64,000 nucleotides of DNA from Eledone cirrhosa (taxonomy: Eukaryota): NCBI GenBank assembly GCA_964016885.1, contig OZ024758.1:24676001-24740000 (forward strand), read 5' to 3'. Shown in pieces: positions 26,060-37,482 of the stretch. Position numbers and translations under genes: made by a program. The notes below the pieces were generated by a model. That model was not told the origin of the DNA and did not search any database. It worked only from the letters and a program-made list of their open reading frames with translations. Each line of letters opens with the position of its first letter. The stretch's first letter is position 1.

Positions 26060-26236
26060 ATATATGTATGTGTATGTTTGTGTCTGTGTGTATGTTTATG
26101 TGATGTGTTTGTGTATTTGTGTAAGTATGTATATGATATGTTTGCATGTGACTGTACATTTATGTGTATAACTGTTTATGTGTGATGTGTGTGTATGTAT
26201 GTATGTGATGTTTGTGTGTGTGTAGGTATGTGTGTG

Positions 26237-26268
<32 letters not shown>

Positions 26269-27060
26269 GATGTTTGTGTGTGTGTAGGTATGTGTGTGAT
26301 GTTTGTGTGTGTGTAGGTATGTGTGTGATGTGTGTGTGTGTGTATCTGTGACTGCACATCTGTATGTATGACTGTGTGTGTGTGTGAGATGTATGTGTGT
26401 ATGTGTGATGTGTCCATGTGACTGTACATCTGTATGTATGACTGTTTGTGTGTGTGTGTGTGTGTGTGAGATGTAGTGTGTATGTGTGATGTGTGTGTGT
26501 GAGATGTAGTGTGTATGTGTGACGTGTGTGTGTGATGTGTCCATGTGACTGTACATCTATGTGTATGACTGTGTGTGTGCGTGTGTGTGAGATGTAGTGT
26601 GTATGTGTGATGTGTGTGTGTGATGTGTGTGTGTGATGTGTCCATGTGACTGTACATCTATGTGTATGACTGTGTGTGCGTGTGTGTGAGATGTAGTGTG
26701 TATGTGCGATGTGTCCATGTGACTGTACATCTGTATGTATGACTGTGTGTGTGTGTGTGTGTGTGTGAGATGTAGTGTGTATGTGTGATGTGTGTGTGTG
26801 TGTGTGTGTGAGATGTAGTGTGTATGTGTGGTGTGTGTGCGATGTGTCCATGTGACTGTGTGTGTGTGTGGGGGGGGTGGGGGGGTGAGATGTATGTGTG
26901 ATATGTATGTGTGATGTGTCCATGTGACTGTACATCTATGTGTATGACTGTGTGTATGACTGTGTGTGCGCGAGATGTAGTGTGTAAGTGTGATGTGTAT
27001 GTGTGATGTGTCCATGTGACTGTACATCTATGTGTATGTGTCTATATACATGCCTGTGTG
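26060..27060. repeat. Compound (GT)n-based minisatellite
   Basis: Recurring gatgtgtccatgtgactgtacatct units within (GT)n. Confidence 0.9.
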
Positions 27061-28726
27061 TCATCAAGAAACTAGAGACCGTTGACATTTCTTTGTCACT
27101 GTAAGAAATACAGTGAACCAACATTCCACTCTAAGTCCCCATAGCTGTATTACAATAGTTGAGGAAAAGAGTATGGCCTGTAATGTTTAGAGAAAACTCC
27201 CCCAACTCTAGACACAACCACTTTCCAATGTGGACTTCAATCTCTCACTACTTCTTTCTATAGGGGTATATCCTGGTCTCATTCACCAAAAGACAACAAC
27301 TCACTTTACCAAATATTTTTGTATCATACTCACTTCCAGTATCTCCAAAGATGGTGAAGGCAGCCACCAATCACAACCTTTTCTGTTATCTTAAATCTTT
27401 CTCATCTTTAATGACTACTAGTTTGGATTTTATGAAAGCTAGATCTACTAGAAACCCACTCTCCTATGTGAGGTTTCATTTTGTCATCCAAATACACCCT
27501 AGACATCTCATGCCAAATCTACACCGACTATGAAAACAACCTCCAATACTGTCATGTTGCGAATCTTATCTCCTTTAATAACACATAATCACTAGACATA
27601 TCAGGATAATCACATCTCTTATACAAACAGCATGTAACTAAAATCCTGAAAGGAAATGCAAATGCTAGGCCTCGCCTTTACAGAGAAACTCTTCTGACAA
27701 ATACACATTTTTAACATAGTAAAAACTGCATCACAAAGACTGGGTTTACTCTTTAGAGAGAGGGACAGAGACTACTTTAATCTCAACTACTACAACTCTT
27801 TAAAAATCTTAGGCGAGACCTATATTGGAGTATTGCTTCCACATCTAATACAGAGCTGTTACTATACACACAAACATCTTAGACTACAACATCCAGTACC
27901 AGATTTAGGACAAATAAGGTCCTCTGCTAGTTAAGTTTTTAGGCCCCTTACTTGGGCCCTTGAAGGAGGTAAACATTTTTGGGAGGCAGGAAGGTGGGTG
28001 CTCCTGGCCAATGGGGTCCTGTGCTTAAGTACACCAACGCACAATGGTAAACCTGGCACTGACTACATCCCAAAGAAAAACTGCTTGACCACCACATAAG
28101 CTCTAGTCCATAGACATGATGTCCCTCCCCCCCTCTCTCTGTCTTCTTTACTGATAATGCAGTAGTCTGTGTTTGCTGGAGATAGCTGGTCTCATAGCAT
28201 CTCCATTTGCATGCATGGTCCCATAACTCCTGGGGTAGTCGTAGAGGCACTGACGTGGCATACAGCGTTTCTAGGGCATTTTAAAACCTGGCAGAGCTGC
28301 CCATCTCCTCTCCAGGTCTGAATACAGCAGATTTCTTCCAGAGAAGGATTGGGAGCGAGGGAGAGGAAATAAAAAGATATAGAGGAAGAATCGACCCCAG
28401 TACTAGACTGGTACTTTTTTATCAACCTCAAATGGATGAAAGGCGAAGTTGACCTCGGTAGGATTTGAACTCAGAAAGCAGAGAACCAAAACGAATACCT
28501 CAAAGCATTCTATCTGACGTTCTAACGACTGACAGTTTGTTACCTATCTCCTCCATTCACTGGTTTCTCCTCGAAACAACCATTTTGTTTTGTTTGCATG
28601 TTAATTACATTTTTATCTTTAAAAAATTGAAATAACAGCATTTCAAATTTTCAGAGAAAATAATAATGTAAGTTCTAACAGCAGTCTAATTAGTACCCAC
28701 CTCCGAATGTTCCTCATAACTTTCTT

Positions 28727-30415
28727 AATAATTGTTTCTACTTTAGGCGCAAGGCCAGCAATTACCCAGTGTCTTACTGGTACTTTATTTTATCGACCCC
28801 GTAAGGATGAAAGGCAAAGTTATCCTCGGCGGGATTTGAACTCAGAATAGCAAGGGCCGTAACTATGCGTCAAAGCATGGCGTCCGACGCTCTACCGATA
28901 GTGCCAAATGTATATTTTTTGAATAAAATCTTGAAGAGACATATTTCCGAAGGTATAGATTGCGGTTGTGTTCATGAATTAAAACAAAAAAAAAACGGTA
29001 ATTCAATTTAAAGAAAATACTTCCATTATTGTATATTTTAGACCCCAGTGATTAACTTTGCCTTTCATCCTTACGGGGTCGATAAATAAATCACCAGGAA
29101 CACACTGGGGTCGGTTTAATTTACTCCCACACCCTTCCCTTCAAAATGCTGGCCTTGTTCTAAATCTAAAAACCATTATTGTATATTTTCGATGTGTAGT
29201 TGCAGCAAACTTGGAATTTGTTTCCTTATGTCTTGCAATTCTCATCTGCATTTTATGCTAATAATTGTTTCTACTTTAGGCACAAGGCCAGCAATTACCC
29301 AGTGCATTACTGGTACTTTATTCTATCGACCCCGTAAGGATGAAAGGCAAAGTTAACCTCGGCGGGATTTGAACACAGAATGGCAAGGGCCGTAACTATG
29401 CGTCAAAACATGGCGTCCGACCCTCTACCGATACTGCCAATTCACCGAATAATAAATAATATCAATCTGGAAACAAAGTCATTTCAACAACTCTGATTTG
29501 CACAAAAAAATAAAATAAAATTTTTTTTTTTTTTAAATTCCATCGTAATCTATACATTCAAAAATGTACATCTGCAAAACTGCATTAAAAAATATGCATT
29601 ATTAAGAAAGTTAGAAGGAAACAAAGTCGGGAGTTGTGGAGTGAGGTAGAAAAGTGCAGTTATGTCAAAAATGATAGAAATAATTGTTTCTACTTTAGGC
29701 ACAAGGCCAGCATTTACCCAGTGCATTACTGGTACTTTATTTTATCGACCTCGTAAGGATGAAAGGCAAAGTCAACCTCGGCGGGATTTGAACTCAGATC
29801 GTAAAGGGACGTAACTATGCTGGAAAGCATGGCGTCCGACCCTCTACCGATACTGCCAATCCATTGAAATAATGGATTGGCAGCATTATTAGAATGTCAG
29901 GCGGGCGGTGGATTGGCAGTATCGGTAGAGGGTCAGACATGCTTTCCAGCGTAGTTACGTCCCTTTACGATCTGAGTTCAAATCCCGCCGAGGTTAACTT
30001 TACCTTTCATCCTTACGGGGTCGATAAAATAAAGTACCAGTAATACACTGGGTTATTGCTGGCCTTGTGCCAAAAGTAGAAACAATTATTAGAATGTCAG
30101 ACAAATTGTGTTATTTACTTTTAATTCCGGTTCTTTACAGTCTCAGTTCAAATCTCACCCAAGTTGTCTTTATTTTCCTCCCTCCGAGGACGATAAAATA
30201 TTCAAATAATGGGGTCATTATAACCAGCTACCCTCTCCTCCTCTGGACTCATGTCTATCTAACATATAGAAGAATGCACATTACTTGAAGTATTCTGAGT
30301 TCAAATCCCGCCGAGGTTAACTTTACCTTTCATCCTTACGGGGTCGATAAAATAAAGTACCAGTAATGCATTGGGGATAATTGCTGGTCTTGTGCCAAAA
30401 GTAGAAACAATTATT
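28727..30415. mobile_element. Cluster of six same-family SINE copies in both orientations
   Basis: Minus copies at 28727-28908, 29260-29447 and 29680-29862. Plus copies at 29040-29180, 29903-30090 and 30293-30415. Confidence 0.85.
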
Positions 30416-31138
30416 TGAAGCATTCTACAATAGTGGATTTGGCTGGGAAGGGGAAGTTCTAGGGACTACATAAAGATTTCCCCGTTCGATAAATATTATG
30501 ACATAAATAAAATATAAGTAATTTTTTTTTATCGAAATTCGATTTGATTTTTTTTTTTTTAATGGAAGTATTTCAAATATAAAATATCCGGTATTTGACA
30601 TAAAAACCGCGAAGAAAATATTAAAATTAATAACTACAACGAATGTTATTAGTGCCATTGTTTGACGCTCCTTGTTTACTGGAAACAACACCAACATTTC
30701 CGTCCTTTGTAATGAGATATTCAGAAACACTGAACAATTATATAAATAATATTATAAATTATTTATAATTCTTACGGAATCAAAATATACAGAAATAATA
30801 TATACATTACTTAACAACAAATATATAAGATTAACAGTAAACAAAACGACCATCAATTCACCACCAAGTGCGACAAAGAAACTTTGGATATAACATTAAT
30901 TTTATTAAGTTTTAAATATACATATATATATATATCCAAAAAAATGTATACACACTTTGATTAGAATGCTATTGAAGTGTGTATACATTTTTTTTTGGGG
31001 GGGGGGGGCATCTTGTATATAAATAACATTACAAATTGCACACAATTCTTTTAGAATGAAAATATAAACAAATATAAATAAATATAACATACTTTAATGA
31101 AATTAAATAAATGGAAACTATATTTATAAAACCATATT

Positions 31139-31200
31139 TATTCTAATATATATATTTCAAAGGTACCAAAAACTTTGGTACGCTTTCATTAGATAAAATA
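31139..31200 (-). ncRNA. Hammerhead ribozyme copy with a mutated core (CUAAUGA)
   Basis: Mirror of 31423-31484, with G5>A at 31190 and the core-proximal stem I pair lost. Confidence 0.6.
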
Positions 31201-31422
31201 CAGAGTGTGTTTTATAAATACAAAGTGTGTTTTATAAAGATAAAGAGTGTTTTATAAATACAAATGTGTTTTATAAATACAGAGTGTGTTTTATAAATAC
31301 AAAGTGTGTTTTATAAATTTTGACATAGCCAAGGAACATACCTTAGTTGAATTTTCTTTAAGGTATGTTCCTTGGTTATGTCAATATTTATAAAACACTT
31401 TGTATTTATAAAACAAACTTTG

Positions 31423-31484
31423 TATTTTATCTGATGAGAGCGTACCAAACTTTTTGGTACCCTTGAAATATATATAATAGAATA
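31423..31484 (+). ncRNA. Minimal type I hammerhead ribozyme
   Basis: tattttat-CTGATGA-gagcgtaccaaa/ctt/tttggtaccctt-GAAA-tatataTA-atagaata. 8-bp stem I and a short self-complementary stem III. Confidence 0.8.
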
Positions 31485-32157
31485 AATATGGTTTTATAAA
31501 TATAGTTTCCATTTATTAAATATCATTGTATATTTACTCCAAAACTGTCGTGGGCTCTGAATCAGTTATAAACATTTATATTTGTTGAATTTTCAACAAA
31601 TTAAATATCCCTTCTACTTATAACATACTTTAAGAGATGTTTGTAGTGTATTGATTTAACTATTAGTCGTGTACTGACATGAACACAAACACATGTCCAC
31701 ACACTTAAATAATTGTTTCTACTTTTGGCACAAGGCCAGCAATTATTCCAGTGTATTACTGGTAGTTAGTTTGGTAAATTTATAGAAGAACACTCCCAAA
31801 TTCAATTTCGTTGGGAAAAAAGTTGATAACACACGAAAAACCGAGAAAATAATAAACACTTTGTATTTATAAAACACACTTTATCTTTATAAAACACACT
31901 TTATCTTTATAAAACACACTTTGTATTTATAAAACACACTTTGTATTTATAAAACACACTGTATTTATAAAACACACTTTGTATTTATAAAACACACTTT
32001 GTATTTATAAAACACACTTTGTATTTATAAAACACACTGTATTTATAAAACACACTTTGTATTTATAAAACACACTGTATTTATAAAACACACTTTGTAT
32101 TTATAAAACACACTTTGTATTTATAAAACACACTTTGTATTTATAAAACACACTCTG

Positions 32158-32219
32158 TATTTTATCTGATGAAAGCGTACCAAAGTTTTTGGTACCATTG
32201 AAATATATATAATAGAATA
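32158..32219 (+). ncRNA. Minimal type I hammerhead ribozyme
   Basis: Same family as 31423, with an intact CTGATGA...GAAA...TA core. Confidence 0.75.
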
Positions 32220-32954
32220 AATATGGTTTTATAAATATAGTTTCCATTTATTTAATATCATTAAAGTATGTTATATGTATTTATATTTGTGTTTATATTT
32301 TCATTCTAAAATTGTGAGCAATTTGTAATGTTATTTATATACAAGATGTCCCCCAAAAATGTATACACACTTCAATAGCATTCTAATCAAAGTGTGTATA
32401 CATTTTTTTGGAGATATATATATATATGTGTATATTTAAAACTTAATAAAATTAATGTTATATCCAAAGTTTCTTTGTCGCACTTGGTGGTGAATTGATG
32501 GTCGTTTTGTTTAGTGAAATCGATGGAGGTGTTCTATAATAAATATTAGTTTATATACACTTGTAAATTATTTTATGTACGCTCGTATTTACTCCTCTTT
32601 ACTTTCAAAATTAGTTTCCTTTATTTAAACTATATTAATTTAACAATTAAACTAGTTGTAAAAGTTTATTTATAGAATATATCATGGAGATAGAGTTTAA
32701 GAGGAAAAAATATATATTTAGATTAAGATATACACCCATGTAGTAAACTTATTGTGTTATGTAAATAATGTGTTAAACTGTCAACGAAATATATAATAAA
32801 ATATAGAATTAATTAAATATTAGTCAGATGATTTCGTTTACAAATTATGGCTGAGTAATAATTATTAACTAATTATTAACTAATTATTGATTTCTTAAAT
32901 TGTTGTTTATATATTTTCACTTTAACAATCATGGGGAAATATATACTTAGAAGA

Positions 32955-33086
32955 GGTGTGTTTGTGTGTGTGTATGTATATATATGTATATATATATACA
33001 TGTGTGTATGTCTATATATATATATATATGTGTGTCTAGTGTATGTGTATGTCTATATATATATATATGTGTCTAGTGTATGTGTA

Positions 33087-33131
<45 letters not shown>

Positions 33132-33167
33132 CTAGTGTATGTGTGTATGTGTGTGTAAATATATATA

Positions 33168-33222
<55 letters not shown>

Positions 33223-33277
33223 ACAGACACATACATATATATGTATGTGTATATATATGTGTATGTATACAGATGTG

Positions 33278-33323
<46 letters not shown>

Positions 33324-33331
33324 TACATGTG

Positions 33332-33371
<40 letters not shown>

Positions 33372-33415
33372 TACATGTGTATGTATATATATATATATAT
33401 ATATAGATACATGTG

Positions 33416-33449
<34 letters not shown>

Positions 33450-33457
33450 TACATGTG

Positions 33458-33500
<43 letters not shown>

Positions 33501-33914
33501 ATGTCTGTATATATATATATATATTTATATGTGTATGTATATATATGTGTATGTATATGTCTATATATATATTTATGTGTATGTATAATATATATATATA
33601 TATACGTGTGTGCATGTTAATGTATGCGTTTATATATATATATATATGTGTGTGTGTCTGTTAATGTGTGTGTGTATGTTAATGCATGGGTATATATATA
33701 TATGTAAGTGTGAATGTTAATGAATGCGTATATGTGTGTGTGTATGTTAATGTATGTGTGTATATATATATATTATATATGTGTGTGTGTTAATGTATGT
33801 GTATATATATATATGTGTGTATGTTAATGTATGTGTATATATATATATGTGTGTATGTTAATGTATACATAAATATATGTGTGTATGTTAATGTATGTGT
33901 GCATATATATATGA

Positions 33915-33977
<63 letters not shown>
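32955..33977. repeat. Compound (TA)/(TG) microsatellite
   Basis: Low-complexity tract. A similar tract lies at 34370-34590. Confidence 0.95.
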
Positions 33978-33979
<2 letters not shown>

Positions 33980-34190
33980 TAATTTAACTATTTTACGTTC
34001 GTAAAATGTCAACAAAAAAAACTTTATTAAAATAAATACAATAAACTTTATTAAAATGAATACAAATTACTGATAACAATTGAAAATGCGGTAATTTACT
34101 AGTAATTTGTATTAATTTTAATAAAGTTTATTTTTTTTTTATTGACATTCGGGAATCGTTTAGTTTACGAACGTAACATAGTAAATTACC
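33977..34190. mobile_element. Degenerate foldback/MITE in (TA)n
   Basis: Ends aggtaatttaactattttacgttcgtaaa and tttacgaacgtaacatagtaaattacct are complementary, as are the inner segments. Confidence 0.65.
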
Positions 34191-34272
34191 TATATATATA
34201 TATATATATTATTATTACCTTTCATTCTTCAATGTCTTGGATTTGTTATTGCTTGTATGGTATGTAATTAAC

Positions 34273-34330
34273 CTTTATGCTCTGATGAGTCCCACTTATA
34301 GTGCGGATGAAACAATGTTAGCAAGTAAAG
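34273..34330 (+). ncRNA. Minimal type I hammerhead ribozyme (solitary, distinct sequence)
   Basis: ctttatgct-CTGATGA-gtcccac/ttata/gtgcggat-GAAA-c/aat/g-TT-agcaagtaaag. Confidence 0.7.
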
Positions 34331-34535
34331 ATATGCATATGCTATAAGCGTTCTTTGTTATTTATTTATTATATATATATATATGTGTGTGTGTATATAT
34401 CTATCTATATATGTGTGTGTGTGTGTATATATTTATCTATATATGTGTGTGTGTGTATATCTATCTATCTATATGTGTGTATCTATCTATATATATGTGT
34501 GTATCTATCTATATATATGTGTGTGCATATATATC

Positions 34536-34587
<52 letters not shown>

Positions 34588-34749
34588 TGTATTATGAGTG
34601 TAAATCGAACTGTTCTACATTCTACAAGAGTAAAATCGGGAAATGGAAGTCTTGGTCAAATAATAAAGATACAAAAGTTGATAGAAATAGTTTCAAACTA
34701 AATACAAACTCAAAGAACACAGAAATAGCAAGAAAGAAGAAACACTTAC

Positions 34750-35057
34750 TCGGCGTAGCCAGCCTTAATCGGGATCTTATGTATATCATTTGGGATAACA
34801 GCCGGTCTTTTGGTTTGGTCTCTCGATTGTTTTACCTGGTCAGGGTTCATAAATAAAAATGTAGGTCGTGTGTAAGGGTAAGTGGTAGATTCTGTCGATG
34901 TATCATGTGTTCCGGCGGAGAAGAATGGTGAAGATCCCGAGGAGCCATCGTTAACTTCAGTTAGACGCCGTGATCCGTTGACACGTTGGTAATTATCAGG
35001 TTTCAACGAAGAAGTTCCAAAGACATTGCTAATTAGTTGACGAACTCTGCTGGACAT
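34750..35057 (-). CDS. PPM1H: PPM1H-like phosphatase, exon 1 (ATG at 35057)
   Basis: MSSRVRQLISNVFG...YPYTRPTFL...SRDQTKRP...IPIKAGYA(E), followed by a GTAAGT donor. It joins exon 2 to give GYAEVINAGKS. The vertebrate paralogues H, J and M cannot be distinguished. Confidence 0.93.
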
Positions 35058-35259
35058 GATCGGATCAGGTCGATAGACAGCAAAGATGTTAAAAGCCTTT
35101 CAAGGCAGCTGACTTGTCAAATACTCTTCTCTCTCTCTCCAAATGACTGTCGCCTAGTCTTTTGACGAATCATTCAAATTACATTCACTTCTCATGTATA
35201 TATGTCCTGTCTCTCACAGACGGCACTACTAAACAGGATTTGGCCCGCTTACCACCTCG

Positions 35260-35695
35260 GCTATAAATATTAATTATTTCTTTAGTCTCAGCTATCAATT
35301 AATAATTATTTCTTTAGCCTCAGACATAAGTTAATAATTATTTCTTTAGCCTCAGACATAAGTTAATAATTATTTCTTTAGCCTCAGATATAAATATTAA
35401 TTATTTCTTTAGTCTCAGCTATCAATTAATAATTATTTCTTTAGCCTCAGACATAAATTAATAATTATTTCTTTAGCCTCAGACATAAGTTAATAATTAT
35501 TTCTTTAGCCTCAGACATAAGTTAATAATTATTTCTTTAGCCTCAGATATAAATATTAATTATTTCTTTAGTCTCAGCTATCAATTAATAATTATTTCTT
35601 TAGTCTCAGACATAAATTAATAATTATTTCTTTAGTCTCAGACATAAATTAATAATTATTTCTTTAGTCTCAGATATAAATAATAATTATTTCTA
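35260..35695. repeat. 32-bp AT-rich minisatellite, about 13 copies
   Basis: Unit ttaataattatttctttagcctcagacataag, starting 200 bp upstream of the ATG. Confidence 0.93.
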
Positions 35696-35844
35696 GGAAC
35701 TTTATAAATATAATTACACAAAAATATACAATCAAAGCTGTCAAGCCCCCCCCCCCCCCCCACTACCAACATCAATTTAACACTAAGTACGTTGTCAATC
35801 TGTCACACACACAAGAATCATCGAAACTTTTTAATAATTATTAA

Positions 35845-36180
35845 TTGTGCCAAAAGTAAAAACAATTATTATAGGGTCAATAAAATAAAGTACCAGTAAT
35901 ACACTAGGAAGATTGCTGGCCTTATGCCAAAAGCAGAAACAATTATTATAGGGTCAATAAAATAAAGTACCAGTAATACACTAGGAAGATTGCTGGCCTT
36001 ATGCCAAAAGCAGAAATAATTATTATAGGGTCAATAAAATAAAGTACCAGTAATACACTAGGAAGATTGCTGGCCTTGTGCCAAAAGCAGAAACAATTAT
36101 TATAGGGTCAATAAAATAAAGTACCAGTAATACACTAGGAAGATTGCTGACCTTGTGCCAAAAGTAGAAACAATTATTAT
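35845..36180 (+). repeat. Tandem array (about four copies, about 78 bp) of a SINE 3' half
   Basis: gggtcaataaaataaagtaccagtaatacactagg...gccaaaagcagaaacaattattata is repeated. A similar array of about 130 bp lies at 60150-60570. Confidence 0.85.
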
Positions 36181-37124
36181 AATTAGTATTTTAATAATAA
36201 TAATATATATATATATATTTTCCCCATACTCAATTCTGCAATATATTTTTTTAATTTGTGACACAAAGCGAAGTAAAAGTTAAAAACTTTATCAAATGTC
36301 TTTCGTTGTTATTAATAACAAACACACAGACACAAAACACATTAATCTCGTAGTTACTTAAATCAGAAATCTTTGTCGTCTGTCCAAGTCTTCTTTATGC
36401 TAGTTTCCCTTCCATTAATTAAGCATTGAAGCTTTTTTAAAAATATCTATATATACTTTTTATTATTACGGTTCTCTTCATATAATAATATAATGCTTAC
36501 AGAACGAAAATATAGACATATATAATATATATAATACTTAATGAATACTTCTTACAGAATGAAAATATAGACATATATAATATATATAATACTTAATGAA
36601 TACTTCTTACAGAATGAAAATATAGACATATATAATAAATACAATTAATTATTGCTTATTCTAAATTTTGTAACGAATCTCTTCCGGCTTTACCGAGTTT
36701 TTATTAAACACCAACTTTCACCAGCTTTATTGAAAATTAGACAATGATGTAGATATATTGAAATCTGAATTAACCGTTATTTGCTTGTAGTTTCATTCAA
36801 GATAATAGAATTCAAAATACAATTTAAAAAAAAATTATTCTCATTGTTCTTTTCTGCCAACGAAGACGGTTTTATTGTAATGAAAGTAGAAAAACAAAAC
36901 TTAAAACTCGAAACATAAATAACCATTTCTCTCCTAACAATTCTCCTGCACTTCAGGATGACTCATTGGCACAAAGCAAAGATGTGTCAAAATTCTTTGG
37001 AAAAGCTTTTACTTATTATCGTCATTAGAATAAGTTGAAGTGTTTTCGAGTATCTATCGCTCTTTCCTCTGTTAACTTCTATCTATCTGTTTGTCTGTCT
37101 ATCTATCTATCTATCTATCTATCT

Positions 37125-37482
37125 ATTTCTTTAAGGAGAATCAGAGTGGAAAGAGAGGCACTGCACCCCAGTAAATTTACTGAAAGGTGGGTGAATGAAG
37201 CGAAAATGGCCCGAGTGATTGGGCCTTCTCTGTTTATAAGCCTATAGGTTAAAGAAGAGAGCAAAAGAAAGAAAGGAGCACTTGCACAACACGCTCCTGG
37301 AGTTGAGGGTTGTTCTATCGACGGGGTATTAAACAACCCATTTGTGGTGCTTCCCCCCCTATTGGGGATTTCGATTGTTGTAATTGTTTGTTTTATATTT
37401 TTTTACACGACTATGTAAAATCCCCGGCATGTCTTTGTATTGTCCCCTTTTCTTGTGCGCCCTTGTGGCAAATAAAGAAATC
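37125..37482 (+). mobile_element. 5'-truncated L1/Tx1-like non-LTR element 3' end inserted in (TCTA)n
   Basis: LRRIRVEREALHPSKFTERWV...SL*, then a UTR with AATAAA. (TCTA)n lies on both sides. Confidence 0.6.

Larger units (their letters stand above)
30838..32513. repeat. Nested long inverted repeat built around a hammerhead foldback element, with a 20-bp tandem repeat
   Basis: About 30838-31320 is complementary to both about 31365-31527 and about 31855-32513. The tandem unit is tttgtatttataaaacacac. Confidence 0.9.
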
